A stretch of 62,260 nt of DNA, the filler included. It is 4 parts of 4 records of this genome, joined end to end, with 100 filler letters (N's around TTAATTAATTAA, not from the genome) between each part and the next. Parts side by side here need not be neighbours in the genome. Positions count along the whole stretch, not along the records: positions 1 to 16,958 come from DRR723986_6654; 3 more parts are not named here. One strand, given 5' to 3'. Of the stretch, positions 1 to 10,835 are shown piece after piece. The translations under genes and the position numbers were made by a program. Within the stretch, counting starts at the first letter, position 1. Every line of letters starts with the position of its first letter. The notes below the pieces were generated by a model. The model searched no databases. It was not told the origin of the DNA and worked only from the letters and a program-made list of their open reading frames with translations.

Positions 1-1308
1 GTCCATGCCGGTCTGGCGCATGGTCTCGATCACCTGATCAAGCGACACCCGCGCCTGATCTACGGAGTGCAGCGCCAGGCGCGCGGCATTGGCAGCCTTC
101 ACGGCGCCGATGGCATTGCGCTCGATGCAAGGGATCTGGACGAGGCCGCCGACCGGGTCGCAGGTCAGGCCCAGATTGTGCTCCATCGCAATCTCTGCCG
201 CGTTGCAAACCTGTTGAGGGTTGGCGCCCCAGACAGCCGCCAGCCCGGCCGCACCCATGGAACACGCAACGCCAACTTCGCCCTGGCAGCCCATCTCTGC
301 GCCGGAGATCGACGCCCGCTGCTTGTAGAGCAGGCCGATCCCCCCAGCCGTCAGCAGGAAGCGGCGAAGGCGCTCGCTCTTGTCCTCGGCGTCGGCGCAA
401 TAGTGGCGGATAACGGCCGGAATGATCCCGGCGGCCCCATTGGTCGGCGCGGTCACAACCTGTCCGCCGCTTGCGTTCTCTTCATTCACCGCCATGGCAT
501 AGACATTCAGCCAATCGAAGAGTTGCTCTCGTTCGTTCGATTGCGGAGCATCCTGCAGCTTCTTCCACAGGCCCGGCGCCCGGCGACGTACATTCAGCCC
601 GCCCGGCAGTGTGCCTTCCCGCGCAAGCCCCCGTGCGACGCAGGCGAGCATGACGTCCGCGATCCGGTCAAGGGCGGCTTCGGTCTCTGCACGCGGGCGC
701 ATCGCGTCTTCATTGGTGAGGATGATGTCGGCGATGCTGGAGTGATGTTCGGCGCAAAGGGCCAGCAATTCGGCCGCAGATCCAAACGGGTGCGGCACGG
801 ACGGCCCAACCGGCAGGATGTCATCCTCGATCGGTCGCTGCAGCTGGCGCTCCGTCGCAATGAAACCGCCGCCCGTAGAGTACCAGGTCTCGTCAGAGAG
901 AATCTCACCGCCCGCCCCAAAGGCACGGAGGCGCATGCCGTTGGGATGAAGTGCCGGGAGGACATCATAGGCAAAGACGATGTCCGTCGCCGGATCGAAG
1001 GCGATGCTGCGTCCGTCCGGCAACAGAAGCTGGCGGGAAGCTTCAAGGGATTCCACGTCCCGGTCGGCCGCGTCAGGGTCCAGGGTTTCAGGCTCGAACC
1101 CGAGTAGGCCGAGCATGACAGCTTTTGGCGTCGCGTGCCCTGCCCCGGTCAATGCGAGCGAGCCCTGCAATTCGACTTCGATCCGGGCGACGGCCCCGGC
1201 TCCATCGGCAAGGTTTGCCAGAAACCGGTTCGCGATCCGGATCGGGCCGACCGTGTGGGAGCTGGACGGGCCAATTCCGACGCGGAAAAGGTCTAGAATT
1301 GAAAGCAT
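1..1308 (-). CDS. sdaA: L-serine ammonia-lyase (Fe-S dependent), 3' end truncated by window edge
   Basis: Manual minus-strand translation from ATG at 1308: [22 protein letters not shown]...[11 protein letters not shown]...GCQGEVG...[20 protein letters not shown]. Absent from the ORF track because it runs off the edge. Confidence 0.95.
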   Translation of the reverse strand, partial: MLSILDLFRVGIGPSSSHTVGPIRIANRFLANLADGAGAVARIEVELQGSLALTGAGHATPKAVMLGLLGFEPETLDPDAADRDVESLEASRQLLLPDGRSIAFDPATDIVFAYDVLPALHPNGMRLRAFGAGGEILSDETWYSTGGGFIATERQLQRPIEDDILPVGPSVPHPFGSAAELLALCAEHHSSIADIILTNEDAMRPRAETEAALDRIADVMLACVARGLAREGTLPGGLNVRRRAPGLWKKLQDAPQSNEREQLFDWLNVYAMAVNEENASGGQVVTAPTNGAAGIIPAVIRHYCADAEDKSERLRRFLLTAGGIGLLYKQRASISGAEMGCQGEVGVACSMGAAGLAAVWGANPQQVCNAAEIAMEHNLGLTCDPVGGLVQIPCIERNAIGAVKAANAARLALHSVDQARVSLDQVIETMRQTGMD

Positions 1309-1385
1309 TTTTCACCGGTTCGATTGCGCAGGGTCAGCCTTCCTGCCTGTAGGTCACTTCCGGGGCAAGGATAACCAGTGAAAAT

Positions 1386-2570
1386 CTAAAGAGACGTTTC
1401 GTCGTAAGCGTAAATCCAGTCCAGGCGTGAGCGGACAAAACCGGGCGCCGCGCGAGCCGCCATCGCCATGGGGACATAGGAGCCGAGCCGCGTGATCGGA
1501 TTTCCGCGGTGATAGAGCTTCGAATTGGCCCGCGCCCCTTCCTGCACCCGAGTGACACGGGGCTTGCGCCGGGCCTCATAGGCCGCGAGGGCAGCCGAAA
1601 CATCGTCTTCAGCCGCAAGGCATGCGGCGAGCGCCCAGGCGTCTTCGATGGCCATCGCCGCGCCCTGCGCCAGGAAAGGCAACATCTGATGGCAGGCATC
1701 CCCCAGCAAAGTGACCCGGCCATCGCTCCACTTGGGCAGTGGCTTGCGCCCATACAGGGCCCAGCGGTTCATGGAGTCAGCGGCTTCGATGATCGCCGTG
1801 ACGGAGGGGTACCAGCGTTTGAAATCCTTCAGCGCCTGTTCCTTGGCGCCCGTCGCGGTCCAGGATTCGTCGCCGGGCGTCTTATGTTCCACAACGCCGA
1901 CGAAGTTTGCGAGACTGCCCCGGCGCAGCAAATAGGTCACAGCATGGCGGCGCGGCCCAGCCCAGACGGTTGCTGTCGGCGGCGGGGCATGATCGCCGAG
2001 CGCCGTTACAGGCGCCGTGGCGCGCCAGGCGACACAGCCGGTAAATTCCGGTTTGTCCGGGCCCAGCATCTGGTCACGCACTGCCGAATGGATGCCGTCC
2101 GCACCAACAAGCAGGTCCGCCTCGATGACAGCACCGCCGGCAAAATAAGCCGCGACCTTGTCACCCCGGTTCTCGTAGCGCTCCAGCCGCTGTCCCAGGA
2201 TCAGCGCATCCGGCGCCCGCGCGGACAGTTCCGCGCGCAGGGCTTCGATCAGGTCTGCCCGGTGGACATGAATGTATTCGGCGCCCCAGCGGTTCGCGGC
2301 GGCCTTTCGCAGCGGGATCGAAAAGATCTTTGCGCCACTGCGCCCCCAGCGCATTTCAGCGGCCTGCGGGCGGAACGCATCCGTCATCACCCGGGCCCCG
2401 ACGCCCAGGGCGTTCAGCACTTTCATCGCATTGGGACTGAGCTGCAGCCCTGCGCCGACTTCGCTGATCACGCCGGACTGTTCCGCGACCGTGACGGTAT
2501 GGCCGCGTTTCTCAAGCGCTAGGGCGGCTGTCAGCCCCCCGATTCCACCGCCGACGACAAGAACGTGCAT
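1386..2570 (-). CDS. FAD-dependent monooxygenase (salicylate hydroxylase-like)
   Basis: GGGIGG, GADGIHS and GDACH...PFLAQG flavoprotein monooxygenase motifs. Confidence 0.9.
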   Translation of the reverse strand: MHVLVVGGGIGGLTAALALEKRGHTVTVAEQSGVISEVGAGLQLSPNAMKVLNALGVGARVMTDAFRPQAAEMRWGRSGAKIFSIPLRKAAANRWGAEYIHVHRADLIEALRAELSARAPDALILGQRLERYENRGDKVAAYFAGGAVIEADLLVGADGIHSAVRDQMLGPDKPEFTGCVAWRATAPVTALGDHAPPPTATVWAGPRRHAVTYLLRRGSLANFVGVVEHKTPGDESWTATGAKEQALKDFKRWYPSVTAIIEAADSMNRWALYGRKPLPKWSDGRVTLLGDACHQMLPFLAQGAAMAIEDAWALAACLAAEDDVSAALAAYEARRKPRVTRVQEGARANSKLYHRGNPITRLGSYVPMAMAARAAPGFVRSRLDWIYAYDETSL

Positions 2571-2598
2571 GATCAGCCGGCTCCGTGTTCAGGGAGAA

Positions 2599-2802
2599 TC
2601 AGCGACCCCGGCCGGGGTCTTCCTTGCCGCCGATCAGGACGAAGCGGCGGTCGCAGTATTTGCATTCGACGAAGTCTTCATCGCCCATCTCATACCAGAC
2701 GCGCGGATGGCCGAGCGCGCCGCCGCCGCCATTGCAGGAGACCTTGTGACTTGTGACCATCACGACTTCCGGTGGGTCGAATACATCGCGCTTGGAGGGC
2801 AT
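2599..2802 (-). CDS. zf-CHCC zinc-finger protein (NDUFS6-like)
   Basis: C-x-GGGGALGHP...CKYC motif. Confidence 0.85.
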   Translation of the reverse strand: MPSKRDVFDPPEVVMVTSHKVSCNGGGGALGHPRVWYEMGDEDFVECKYCDRRFVLIGGKEDPGRGR

Positions 2803-2922
2803 TGGGCCGCCTATTCAGTCCTGTAAGTGGGCACCGGCTTGTTCACCGGGTCTTACGGCCCTACCTAGAGCGCACCAGAGTGCCGCGCAAGCACCGCCAT
2901 GCCGCAGGGAAAGAAGGACTGG

Positions 2923-3876
2923 ATGACTGACCAAAACTCCGCCCCGGAATATGCAATCGAAGTCGACAACCTTCAGAAAGTGTACGCCGCCTCCGGCCGG
3001 ATGCCGGAAAAGCATGCCCTGAAGGGAATCAGCCTGAAAATTCCGCGCGGATCCATCTTCGGCCTGCTGGGGCCGAACGGGGCGGGCAAGTCGACCTTCA
3101 TCAACATTCTGGCGGGCCTGGTGAACAAGACGTCCGGCACGGCACGCATCTGGGGCCTCGATATCGACCAGCACCCCCGCCAGAGCCGCGCCGCCATAGG
3201 CGTGGTGAACCAGGAAATCGTCGCAGACCCCTTCTTCACCCCGTTTGAAATGCTGGAGCTGATGGCCGGCTTCTACGGCGTCCCGAAAGGCGAGCGCCAG
3301 ACCGACGAAATCCTCGCTGCCGTGGGCCTCGACGACAAGAAAGATGCCTATGTGCGCCAGCTGTCGGGCGGCATGAAACGGCGCCTGATGGTGGCCAAGG
3401 CCCTCGTCCACAATCCGCCTGTCCTGATCCTCGACGAGCCGACGGCCGGCGTGGACGTGGAACTGCGCCGCTCGATGTGGACCTATGTGCGCGAACTGCA
3501 CGAACGCGGCACAACGATCATCCTGACGACTCACTATCTCGAAGAAGCCGAGGAGCTCTGCGATTCCATCGCCATTGTGAACCATGGCGAAATCGTCGCC
3601 TGCGAGCCCACATCTCAACTTCTGTCGCGTCTCGACTACAAGACGCTGGTCATCAGCCCGAGGGAACCGCTGACGGAGGTGCCGGACGCCCTCTCTGCGC
3701 TGGATGCGAAACTCCGCGAGTCGGGCGAACTGGAAATCACGTTCCGGACCAGCGAAACCGGAATCGGCCGTCTTCTGGAACAGGTTCGCCAGGCCGGAAT
3801 CGGAATCGGGGACCTCGTCACCGAGACCCCCGACCTTGAAGACGTGTTCCTGGCGCTGACCAGCGAGCCAGCCTGA
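2923..3876 (+). CDS. ABC transporter ATP-binding protein (YadG-like)
   Basis: GPNGAGKS, LSGGM, ILDEPT; ATG at 2923 follows AAGGA. Confidence 0.93.
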   Translation: MTDQNSAPEYAIEVDNLQKVYAASGRMPEKHALKGISLKIPRGSIFGLLGPNGAGKSTFINILAGLVNKTSGTARIWGLDIDQHPRQSRAAIGVVNQEIVADPFFTPFEMLELMAGFYGVPKGERQTDEILAAVGLDDKKDAYVRQLSGGMKRRLMVAKALVHNPPVLILDEPTAGVDVELRRSMWTYVRELHERGTTIILTTHYLEEAEELCDSIAIVNHGEIVACEPTSQLLSRLDYKTLVISPREPLTEVPDALSALDAKLRESGELEITFRTSETGIGRLLEQVRQAGIGIGDLVTETPDLEDVFLALTSEPA

Positions 3877-3880
3877 CAGA

Positions 3881-4201
3881 TCAGGCCGACTGTTTGATCC
3901 AGTCGGCGATGGCCTGCTTGCTCATCGCACCGAGGTGCGTGGCGGCGACCTTGCCATCCTTGAAAATCATCAGCGTCGGCATGCCGCGCACGCCGTATTT
4001 CGAGCCGGTCATCGGGTTTTCGTCGACATTGATCTTGGCAACTTTCACCTTGCCGGCCATCTCCTCGGCGACGGCCTCCAGATGCGGAGACATCTGCTTG
4101 CACGGGCCGCACCATTCAGCCCAGAAATCCACAACAACGGGGACATCGGAATTGGCAATGACGCCGTCGAACTCGTCGTCTGTTACATCAATCGCGGCCA
4201 T
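3881..4201 (-). CDS. trxA: Thioredoxin
   Basis: WCGPC motif; usual position after addA. Confidence 0.97.
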   Translation of the reverse strand: MAAIDVTDDEFDGVIANSDVPVVVDFWAEWCGPCKQMSPHLEAVAEEMAGKVKVAKINVDENPMTGSKYGVRGMPTLMIFKDGKVAATHLGAMSKQAIADWIKQSA

Positions 4202-4258
4202 GGCGAGCTCCTCATAATTCAGTTCAACAGACTGCTAGATAGGGACTCCCGGCACAAG

Positions 4259-7200
4259 TCAAACCTCGCTGCCAGCACGCTTTAGCGCGGCTAAAAGCAT
4301 GTCTTCCGGCAGCGGCATGAGTTTTGGCCCGTCTGTCCAACAGAGCGCGGCCCGGACCGTCCGGTCCGGCCAGGCCTCGCGGAGCACAGCCCAATAGGCC
4401 GCCATCTGCAGCATGTAGCTCTCCCCGACCCCAGCGGGGGTGTCCGGGGCGGGCTGGTCTGTCTTGAAATCGACGATCAGGACTTCCTTGTCGGAGACCA
4501 CCAGCCGGTCGACCCGGCCATTGATCACCACGCCTTCCGGCAGGTGCTCTTTCGAGCTGCCGATGATCGCCGCTTCGGCTCGTCCGCCGGGGGCGAAGAC
4601 GCCTGCCATGGCTGGATCCTGCAGTACGCCCAGCGCAGCGGAGAGCATCTCTTGGCGCTCGCCTTCCTCCAGCGAGGCATCACGCGCGAGGAAATTGCGC
4701 CCGGCAGCCTCGCGGTCGGCTCCCGGAACATCCGGCAGGTATTGCAGCAGGGCGTGGATCAGGCGGCCGCGCTTGAGGCGGGCTTCGCGCCCCTCCCCGA
4801 ACGGCGCCATGACCGGCATGTCCCGGCCGAGCAGGCTGGTCGGCGCACTGAATTTGCGGCGGGCGGTCACCGGCATGTCTTCCACTGACTTCAGCGCCCA
4901 ATCGGGGTAGCCAGCTTTGGCTTCGCCTTCCTGCCCTCCCTTTGGCACTGTCTTAGGAACCACGCCGAACCGCCGGATCTCGTCGCGTTCATCGCCCTCT
5001 GCCGGGACGAGTTTGTCCATGGCGTTCAGGCAGAGCGAATACCAGGACCGGTCGTGATAGCCGCCGCCCTTCTGGCCGCCATGCCAATGGCCCGCAATGA
5101 TGAGCCGGTCCTGCGCCCGGGTCAGCGCCACGTACAGCAGGCGGCGGTGTTCCTCCTCGGCGCGCGCATCGGCCAGTGCGCGGGCGGCAGTCACTTCTGC
5201 CAGCTCTCCGTCCTTGCGCGGCGACCAGACCGGCACGCCGTCTATCTCATGAATGCGCCCGCCGGAGGGCTTCGGCGCGCTGGTTGTGTCCGGCAGGATC
5301 ACGACCGGGGCCTGCAGGCCTTTGGCGCCATGCACGGTCATGACACGGATTTCCCGCTCGGGCGCGGCAAGGTCGCGCTTGATCTCCACCTCGCCCGCTT
5401 CCATGCGTGCAATGAAGCATTGCAGTGAGGCGGGCTCAGTTGAGTCGAAGGCGATGGCTTCGGCAACAAGCGCCTCGACCGGGTCGCGCGCGGGATGACC
5501 GAGACGGGCGTTCAATTTTTCCCATCCTGTCTGTCCATCTGTCTGCGGAACGTCTAGCACGGCGGTCAGGAAATCGAAGGGCGGCAAGTGGGCATTGACG
5601 ATCAGTCCTTTCAGGAAAGTTGCAGCAATCTGAACATCAGGATCGGCGCTGGCCTGCACGCGCTGCCAAAGCGTTTCGCCTCGCCGGCGGCCGCTCGCCA
5701 GATCGAACAGGTAGCGGTCATCATCCAAGAGGCCGAGGAACGGTCCGCGCAGGATTTCAGCCAGCGTCAGGTCCCGATCCTGGAGTGCCGCGAAGCGCAT
5801 CAGGTTCAGGCAGTCCTGCACGCCGATATGGTCGCCGAGCTTCAGCCGGTCGGCGCCGGCCACCGGCAGGCCCTGCGCCTTCAGGGCACCAATCATCGCA
5901 TCGAACAGGCCGCCCGTTCGACCGCGCACGAGGATCAGGATATCTTCCGGCAGCACAGGGCGCTGGACCCAACCTTCTCCCGTATCGGCCCAGACGCTTT
6001 CGCCCGCATCGATCATGGTCCGTACGGCCTTTGCCACATCCGTCGCTAGCCGCGCCTTGGGTGAGGACGACCGCATGGCGTTCACCGGCCGTGCCCATGC
6101 GTCTTCGTCGGTCTCTTCTTCCTTCGGCTGGATGGGCCAGAGCTCAATGGAGCCGTGCTGGTCAGACCGCCAAGAGACGTGATGGACGAGGTTGCTTTCT
6201 TCTGCTGGCAACGCCGCCGGTGCATTCGGAATGGGCGGCGCTTCGTTCCAGACCGTGTCGACATATTCCAGCACTTCCGGTCCGGACCGGAAGGACATTT
6301 CCATCGTCTCTTTCAACAGGTCCGAATTGCGAGACTGGAACTGGTGGTACTGCTTGAGCAGCTGAGATGGATCGGCGCCCTGGAAGGAATAGATGGACTG
6401 TTTCTCGTCCCCCACGACGAACAGGGTGCGCGGGTCCTGTGCTCGCTCAATCCCCTGACCGGCGTCGAACTCCCCGGTCAGTGCATCAACCAGTTCCCAC
6501 TGCGTGGGGCTCGTATCCTGCGCCTCGTCCAGCAACAGGTGCGAGAGGCCTCCGTCCAGCTTGTAGAGCACCCAATCCGACATGCCGGTCGCGGTCAGAA
6601 GGATACGCGTGTGTTCGATCAGGTCGTCGAAGTCGAGCGCGGCGCGGGCCCGTTTCAGGGCGCGGTAGCGCTCCAGCGCAGGCAGGCCGACGCGGATCAT
6701 GGCGGAGGTACGTGCGAAGGCGGCAGCCCGGTTCAGCCGGTCCTCCAGTTCCAGTATCCGGTGCGCTTCCTCGCCGAAGCCGTCCTTCATCTGGAACAAG
6801 CCGCCGACCAGCGGCAGGGCGTCAGCCATGCCTTTCGTGTACGGATTGGACGCCCGGAGGTCGCCGCTCGCCGTGCGGAAGACAGACCGGTAGATTGCCC
6901 AGCGCTCGCCCACATCCTGTGTGGAGAGCACAGCCATCAGCTTCTCGCCTGTCGCAACGTCGGTTTTGGCGCCTGTCAGCAGGTGTTCAGCCACCGTACG
7001 AATATCTGCCACCGGCAGCGCCTCATCCATGGCGAACTCCAGCAGCTCGGTGACCGATGCCTCCGGCGCCTTCAGGCGGTCGCGCAGGACGTCGTCCATC
7101 CTGTCGAGGTCTCCGTCATGGTGCTCGGCGAAGCACAGGACGGTCGTGCCGATACTGCGCAGCGTGTCGAGCGCCAGCATTGCGCCTTCATGCCCGCCCT

Positions 7201-7795
7201 CCAGCGCCAGAAGGTCCAGCAGGTCAGGCAGGATCTCCTGCGCGGCCATCACCGCTTCGCTGCGCGCCTCATTCCACAGCGCGAAGGCTTGATCTTCCTC
7301 GATCTCCGTGAAGCCGGGGAAGACGCCTGCCTCCAGCGGGAAGCGCCGCAGGACTCGTGCGCAAAAGGCGTGGATCGTCTCGATGCGCAGACCGCCAGGT
7401 GTCTCAAGCGCGTTCGCAAACAGGGCCCGCGCGACCTGAAGGTCTTCGGCGTTGTAATCGCTGATCTTTCGGCCCTGCAGCTGGGCGAGCTTCTTCCGCA
7501 GCGGGTCATCTTCCATCACCGACCATTGGCCGAGTGTCTTGAAGAGACGCGACAGCATCTCACTGGCCGCGGCCTTCGTGTAAGTGATGCAGAGAATGGA
7601 ATCTGGCTTCGCGCCCGGGCGCCCGTCCGGCCGCCGCAGCAGAAGACGCGCGACACGGTCGATCAGTACCTTGGTCTTGCCGGAACCGGCATTGGCCATG
7701 ACGAAGGCCGAATGCATCGGATCGGCCGACCGCGCCTGAACCTGAACGGCCTTGCGGAAGTCCTCCGTATCCGGCGGTGTCACGATATCACTCAT
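4259..7795 (-). CDS. addA: Double-strand break repair helicase/nuclease AddA
   Basis: ANAGSGKT, LDEAQD, C-terminal GRVDRL...DFKT nuclease; start MSDIVT overlaps addB end. Confidence 0.95.
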   Translation of the reverse strand: MSDIVTPPDTEDFRKAVQVQARSADPMHSAFVMANAGSGKTKVLIDRVARLLLRRPDGRPGAKPDSILCITYTKAAASEMLSRLFKTLGQWSVMEDDPLRKKLAQLQGRKISDYNAEDLQVARALFANALETPGGLRIETIHAFCARVLRRFPLEAGVFPGFTEIEEDQAFALWNEARSEAVMAAQEILPDLLDLLALEGGHEGAMLALDTLRSIGTTVLCFAEHHDGDLDRMDDVLRDRLKAPEASVTELLEFAMDEALPVADIRTVAEHLLTGAKTDVATGEKLMAVLSTQDVGERWAIYRSVFRTASGDLRASNPYTKGMADALPLVGGLFQMKDGFGEEAHRILELEDRLNRAAAFARTSAMIRVGLPALERYRALKRARAALDFDDLIEHTRILLTATGMSDWVLYKLDGGLSHLLLDEAQDTSPTQWELVDALTGEFDAGQGIERAQDPRTLFVVGDEKQSIYSFQGADPSQLLKQYHQFQSRNSDLLKETMEMSFRSGPEVLEYVDTVWNEAPPIPNAPAALPAEESNLVHHVSWRSDQHGSIELWPIQPKEEETDEDAWARPVNAMRSSSPKARLATDVAKAVRTMIDAGESVWADTGEGWVQRPVLPEDILILVRGRTGGLFDAMIGALKAQGLPVAGADRLKLGDHIGVQDCLNLMRFAALQDRDLTLAEILRGPFLGLLDDDRYLFDLASGRRRGETLWQRVQASADPDVQIAATFLKGLIVNAHLPPFDFLTAVLDVPQTDGQTGWEKLNARLGHPARDPVEALVAEAIAFDSTEPASLQCFIARMEAGEVEIKRDLAAPEREIRVMTVHGAKGLQAPVVILPDTTSAPKPSGGRIHEIDGVPVWSPRKDGELAEVTAARALADARAEEEHRRLLYVALTRAQDRLIIAGHWHGGQKGGGYHDRSWYSLCLNAMDKLVPAEGDERDEIRRFGVVPKTVPKGGQEGEAKAGYPDWALKSVEDMPVTARRKFSAPTSLLGRDMPVMAPFGEGREARLKRGRLIHALLQYLPDVPGADREAAGRNFLARDASLEEGERQEMLSAALGVLQDPAMAGVFAPGGRAEAAIIGSSKEHLPEGVVINGRVDRLVVSDKEVLIVDFKTDQPAPDTPAGVGESYMLQMAAYWAVLREAWPDRTVRAALCWTDGPKLMPLPEDMLLAALKRAGSEV

Positions 7796-10700
7796 CAACG
7801 CCCCCGTCTTCCGTGTCGCCCGCCCACTCGGCCCGGCGGGCGAGGCGGTTATAGCCATTGTCGTATTTCACGAACTGGACACGCGGGGCGGACAGGAAAG
7901 CCGAGTCATCCTCGCGATAGGCGGCGATCAGGCGAAGCAGCCCCTCCTCGGCTGTCTTGGCGAGTTCATCCGGCGTTGCCTGCAGGGCGCGGCTTTGGCC
8001 GATCACGCGCGCATCAGGTTTCGCCTTGAACGCCACATATTCGAGGCCGGAGACACTGGCGGCGGGAATGCCTTCATAGCCGCCCTTGCCCGCGATCAGC
8101 GCCTGTAGCGGCATCTGCTGGCTGAGTTCGGTGGCGATCTCCTTGTCCGAGGGCGGATTGCCTGTCTTGAAGTCGATCACGATCAGGCTGCCGTCGGGTT
8201 GCCTTTCAATCCGGTCGGCCATCGCGGAGAGGGTGAACGGCGCGCCCTTAATATCGAAGTCAAGGCGGCCTTTGACTTCCAGCTTCGGCTTGCCATCGAC
8301 CCGGCGCGCCGCCCGCCAACCGAGATACCAGTCCGACATCTGCTCCAGAACAGCCCGGCGGGCCGCGAGCACAGCGTCCGGCTCTCCTGCGGCTGACAAG
8401 TTCTGCGCAAGCAGAGAAACGAGATGCCTTGCGGTCTTCGGGGCGCCATCTTCCTCGAAATCTTCCAAAGCCTTGTGTATCGCGGTGCCGCGCGGGGCTG
8501 GGCCAAGCTCGGCATTCATAGGATCGACCGTTTCGAGCTTCAGGACCTGTTCGGCCCAGATCGCATAGGGGTCTCGCTGCAGCGTATCGATCCGCGTAAC
8601 GGACAATCTCTGCGGCCAGCCTTCCGGGCGGCGGCGCGGCTTGGGCTCGACCGGAAAATCCTTGTGCAGCGTGTTCGTGCCACGGTCGCGCAGAGCGAGC
8701 GCCCATTCGAGCGGATTATCTCCATCCGGCGACAGAGCATCTTTCGCCGCTTTGCCAAGCGCGCCTTCGGCCAGCGTTTTCAGCCGCCAGACCCAGCGCG
8801 AGGCGACGGCAGGTGCATCGTTGCGGCGGAGCGAATGCAGCATCGTGACCTTCGGCGCGCAGGCTAGCTGCGCGAAGTCATGCGCTGACAGGCCAACCCG
8901 GTCTTCGGGATCACTGATGCCAAGATCCTTGCGGAACCGGCGCGGCAGAAAGGCATCCGCGGGTGGACGCTGCGGCCAGACATCCTCGTTCAGACCCGCA
9001 AGGATGATGTGGCTGGCAGACTGGAGACGTGCTTCCAGCGGGCCCCAGATCGCGAGGCGTGGATGTTCGGATACCCCGGCACTGACTGTGCGCTGCGCGG
9101 CGTCGGCATCGATCAGTTCGGCGAAAGCGTGCGGCGGCATCGGCGCGAGATAGTCTGCCAGTTCGGCGACGTGCTCCATCATGGTGGTGGCGGAGCGGCC
9201 GTCTTCTCCGGCCCAGGGAAATGGCGTCTGGCTCACGCGCGCGGCCAGCGCTGCAATGCGTTCGGCGATCTGGCGACCTGGCATGGGTGCCTGGCCGGAC
9301 AGGTCTGCACTTGTCTCATCAAAAACCGCGATGATCTGTTCGACCAATCTTTCGGCAATCGCCTGATCCTCGTCAGAGAAACCGGCATACGGATCCAACT
9401 CATTCCGGGACCGGATGGAATGGAGCAGATCGTCCAGAGATTGCCAGTTGCGCGCCCCGCGCAGGAAATAACGATCGAGCGTGTCGGCACCTTCGAAGCC
9501 GCGCACGAAGGGATGTTTCAGGATAGCGCTCAGGATGACCGGCTCCGCAGGGTCCAGCACCCAGCGGGCACAGAGGCCGATCAGGCTGCCGGCAGTGGTC
9601 TGGCCAAGCGGGCTGCCGGAGGATGGCGGCACGTCCAGTCCCCAGCGTTTCAGCACACCGCTGACCCGCCGTGCCAGCGTCGCATCCGGCGTGACGAGTG
9701 CAGCCGTCTCCCCCGGTTGTTCCATCACCTGGCGTAACAACAGGGCGGCTGTCTCTGCCTCAACCGCTTCGTCCGGTGCTTCGATCACAGTCAGGCCATC
9801 GAGTGCCGACAGCGCGAAGTCTTTCTTCACCGTGCCGAGCGATGCCGACAGCGTGTCGAGCGTGCGGCGCCAGTCCGCCGTGGACTCTGCCGGTGCCAGC
9901 GCCTCATGGATCATGCGGCGGCGGGCTTCGGATTTTCTCTCACCATCAGTGCCGGGCCAGATGCCGACGTCGGCTGGCGCAACGCCAAGATCGCTTAGTG
10001 TGTCGAACAGGATGTGCTGCGGGTGGCTGACAGACCCGCCGATTCCCGCGCGGGCATCTTCGTCGGCATGCATGTCGAGGCCGGGCAGCACGACAAGACC
10101 TTTCGGCAAGTCCATTGCCGCCTTCATCAGGATACGGCCGGCAGGTGTCGCGCCAGTTGAACCCGCGATCAGTACCGGCGCCGTCGGGGGAGCTTCCTCC
10201 CAACGTTTGGCCATGATCCGAGCGGCCGCGATATCGCGCAGGAAAGGATCACTTTCGCCGTTCTCGGCCAGCCATTCCGGCCAGCTCTCGGATATGATCT
10301 TCAGAAACTTGACCGACTGTTCCCAGTGCTGAGCCAGTTCCGCTGAGTCCGCGAGATCCAGCAAGCTGGACCAATCCACATGCTCACTAAGCGCGGCCTG
10401 CTCCATCAGGCGGCTCAGCTCCTGCGCGGCAGCCAGTGCCGATGCCGCAGGGGGTGTGATGCCATAGGCGTTCTCGTAGAACGCCTGCACCAGATGTGTC
10501 AGCGCGCCGAGACGGCGGGCGGCAGACATCGCAGGCGGAAGACCGGAACGGGCCGCATCTACCGATGGTGCTTCGTCTGCCTCAATGTCGCCCAGCGTGC
10601 GGATGTCCGGCGGCAGGATCGGCTTTTCACCGCTCGCGTCGTAGAGCACACGTGCCAGCACGCGCGCCGAACGCCGGTTGGGGACATAGATGATGGCATC

Positions 10701-10835
10701 CGCCAGCGCTTCGGGATTGTCCTTGAGCCCCGCTTCCTCCGCCAGCGTATTTGCCAGCGCCCGCAGGAAGTCTGTTCCCGGAGGAATCGTGTAAACGCGG
10801 GAAGCGCCGGAGAACAATCCGTCACTATCCGCCAT
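7788..10835 (-). CDS. addB: Double-strand break repair protein AddB
   Basis: PNRRSAR, AGSTGATPA, C-terminal ADRIE...IDFKTG; synteny with addA. Confidence 0.95.
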   Translation of the reverse strand: MADSDGLFSGASRVYTIPPGTDFLRALANTLAEEAGLKDNPEALADAIIYVPNRRSARVLARVLYDASGEKPILPPDIRTLGDIEADEAPSVDAARSGLPPAMSAARRLGALTHLVQAFYENAYGITPPAASALAAAQELSRLMEQAALSEHVDWSSLLDLADSAELAQHWEQSVKFLKIISESWPEWLAENGESDPFLRDIAAARIMAKRWEEAPPTAPVLIAGSTGATPAGRILMKAAMDLPKGLVVLPGLDMHADEDARAGIGGSVSHPQHILFDTLSDLGVAPADVGIWPGTDGERKSEARRRMIHEALAPAESTADWRRTLDTLSASLGTVKKDFALSALDGLTVIEAPDEAVEAETAALLLRQVMEQPGETAALVTPDATLARRVSGVLKRWGLDVPPSSGSPLGQTTAGSLIGLCARWVLDPAEPVILSAILKHPFVRGFEGADTLDRYFLRGARNWQSLDDLLHSIRSRNELDPYAGFSDEDQAIAERLVEQIIAVFDETSADLSGQAPMPGRQIAERIAALAARVSQTPFPWAGEDGRSATTMMEHVAELADYLAPMPPHAFAELIDADAAQRTVSAGVSEHPRLAIWGPLEARLQSASHIILAGLNEDVWPQRPPADAFLPRRFRKDLGISDPEDRVGLSAHDFAQLACAPKVTMLHSLRRNDAPAVASRWVWRLKTLAEGALGKAAKDALSPDGDNPLEWALALRDRGTNTLHKDFPVEPKPRRRPEGWPQRLSVTRIDTLQRDPYAIWAEQVLKLETVDPMNAELGPAPRGTAIHKALEDFEEDGAPKTARHLVSLLAQNLSAAGEPDAVLAARRAVLEQMSDWYLGWRAARRVDGKPKLEVKGRLDFDIKGAPFTLSAMADRIERQPDGSLIVIDFKTGNPPSDKEIATELSQQMPLQALIAGKGGYEGIPAASVSGLEYVAFKAKPDARVIGQSRALQATPDELAKTAEEGLLRLIAAYREDDSAFLSAPRVQFVKYDNGYNRLARRAEWAGDTEDGGVDE

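Noticed and set aside
67-1107. 346-aa plus-strand ORF
   Set aside because: Antisense shadow of sdaA.
6155-8029. Long antisense ORFs (also 18645-20399, 22830-24461, 26176-29187, 59362-61155)
   Set aside because: Typical high-GC shadow frames opposite well-supported genes; no recognisable motifs.
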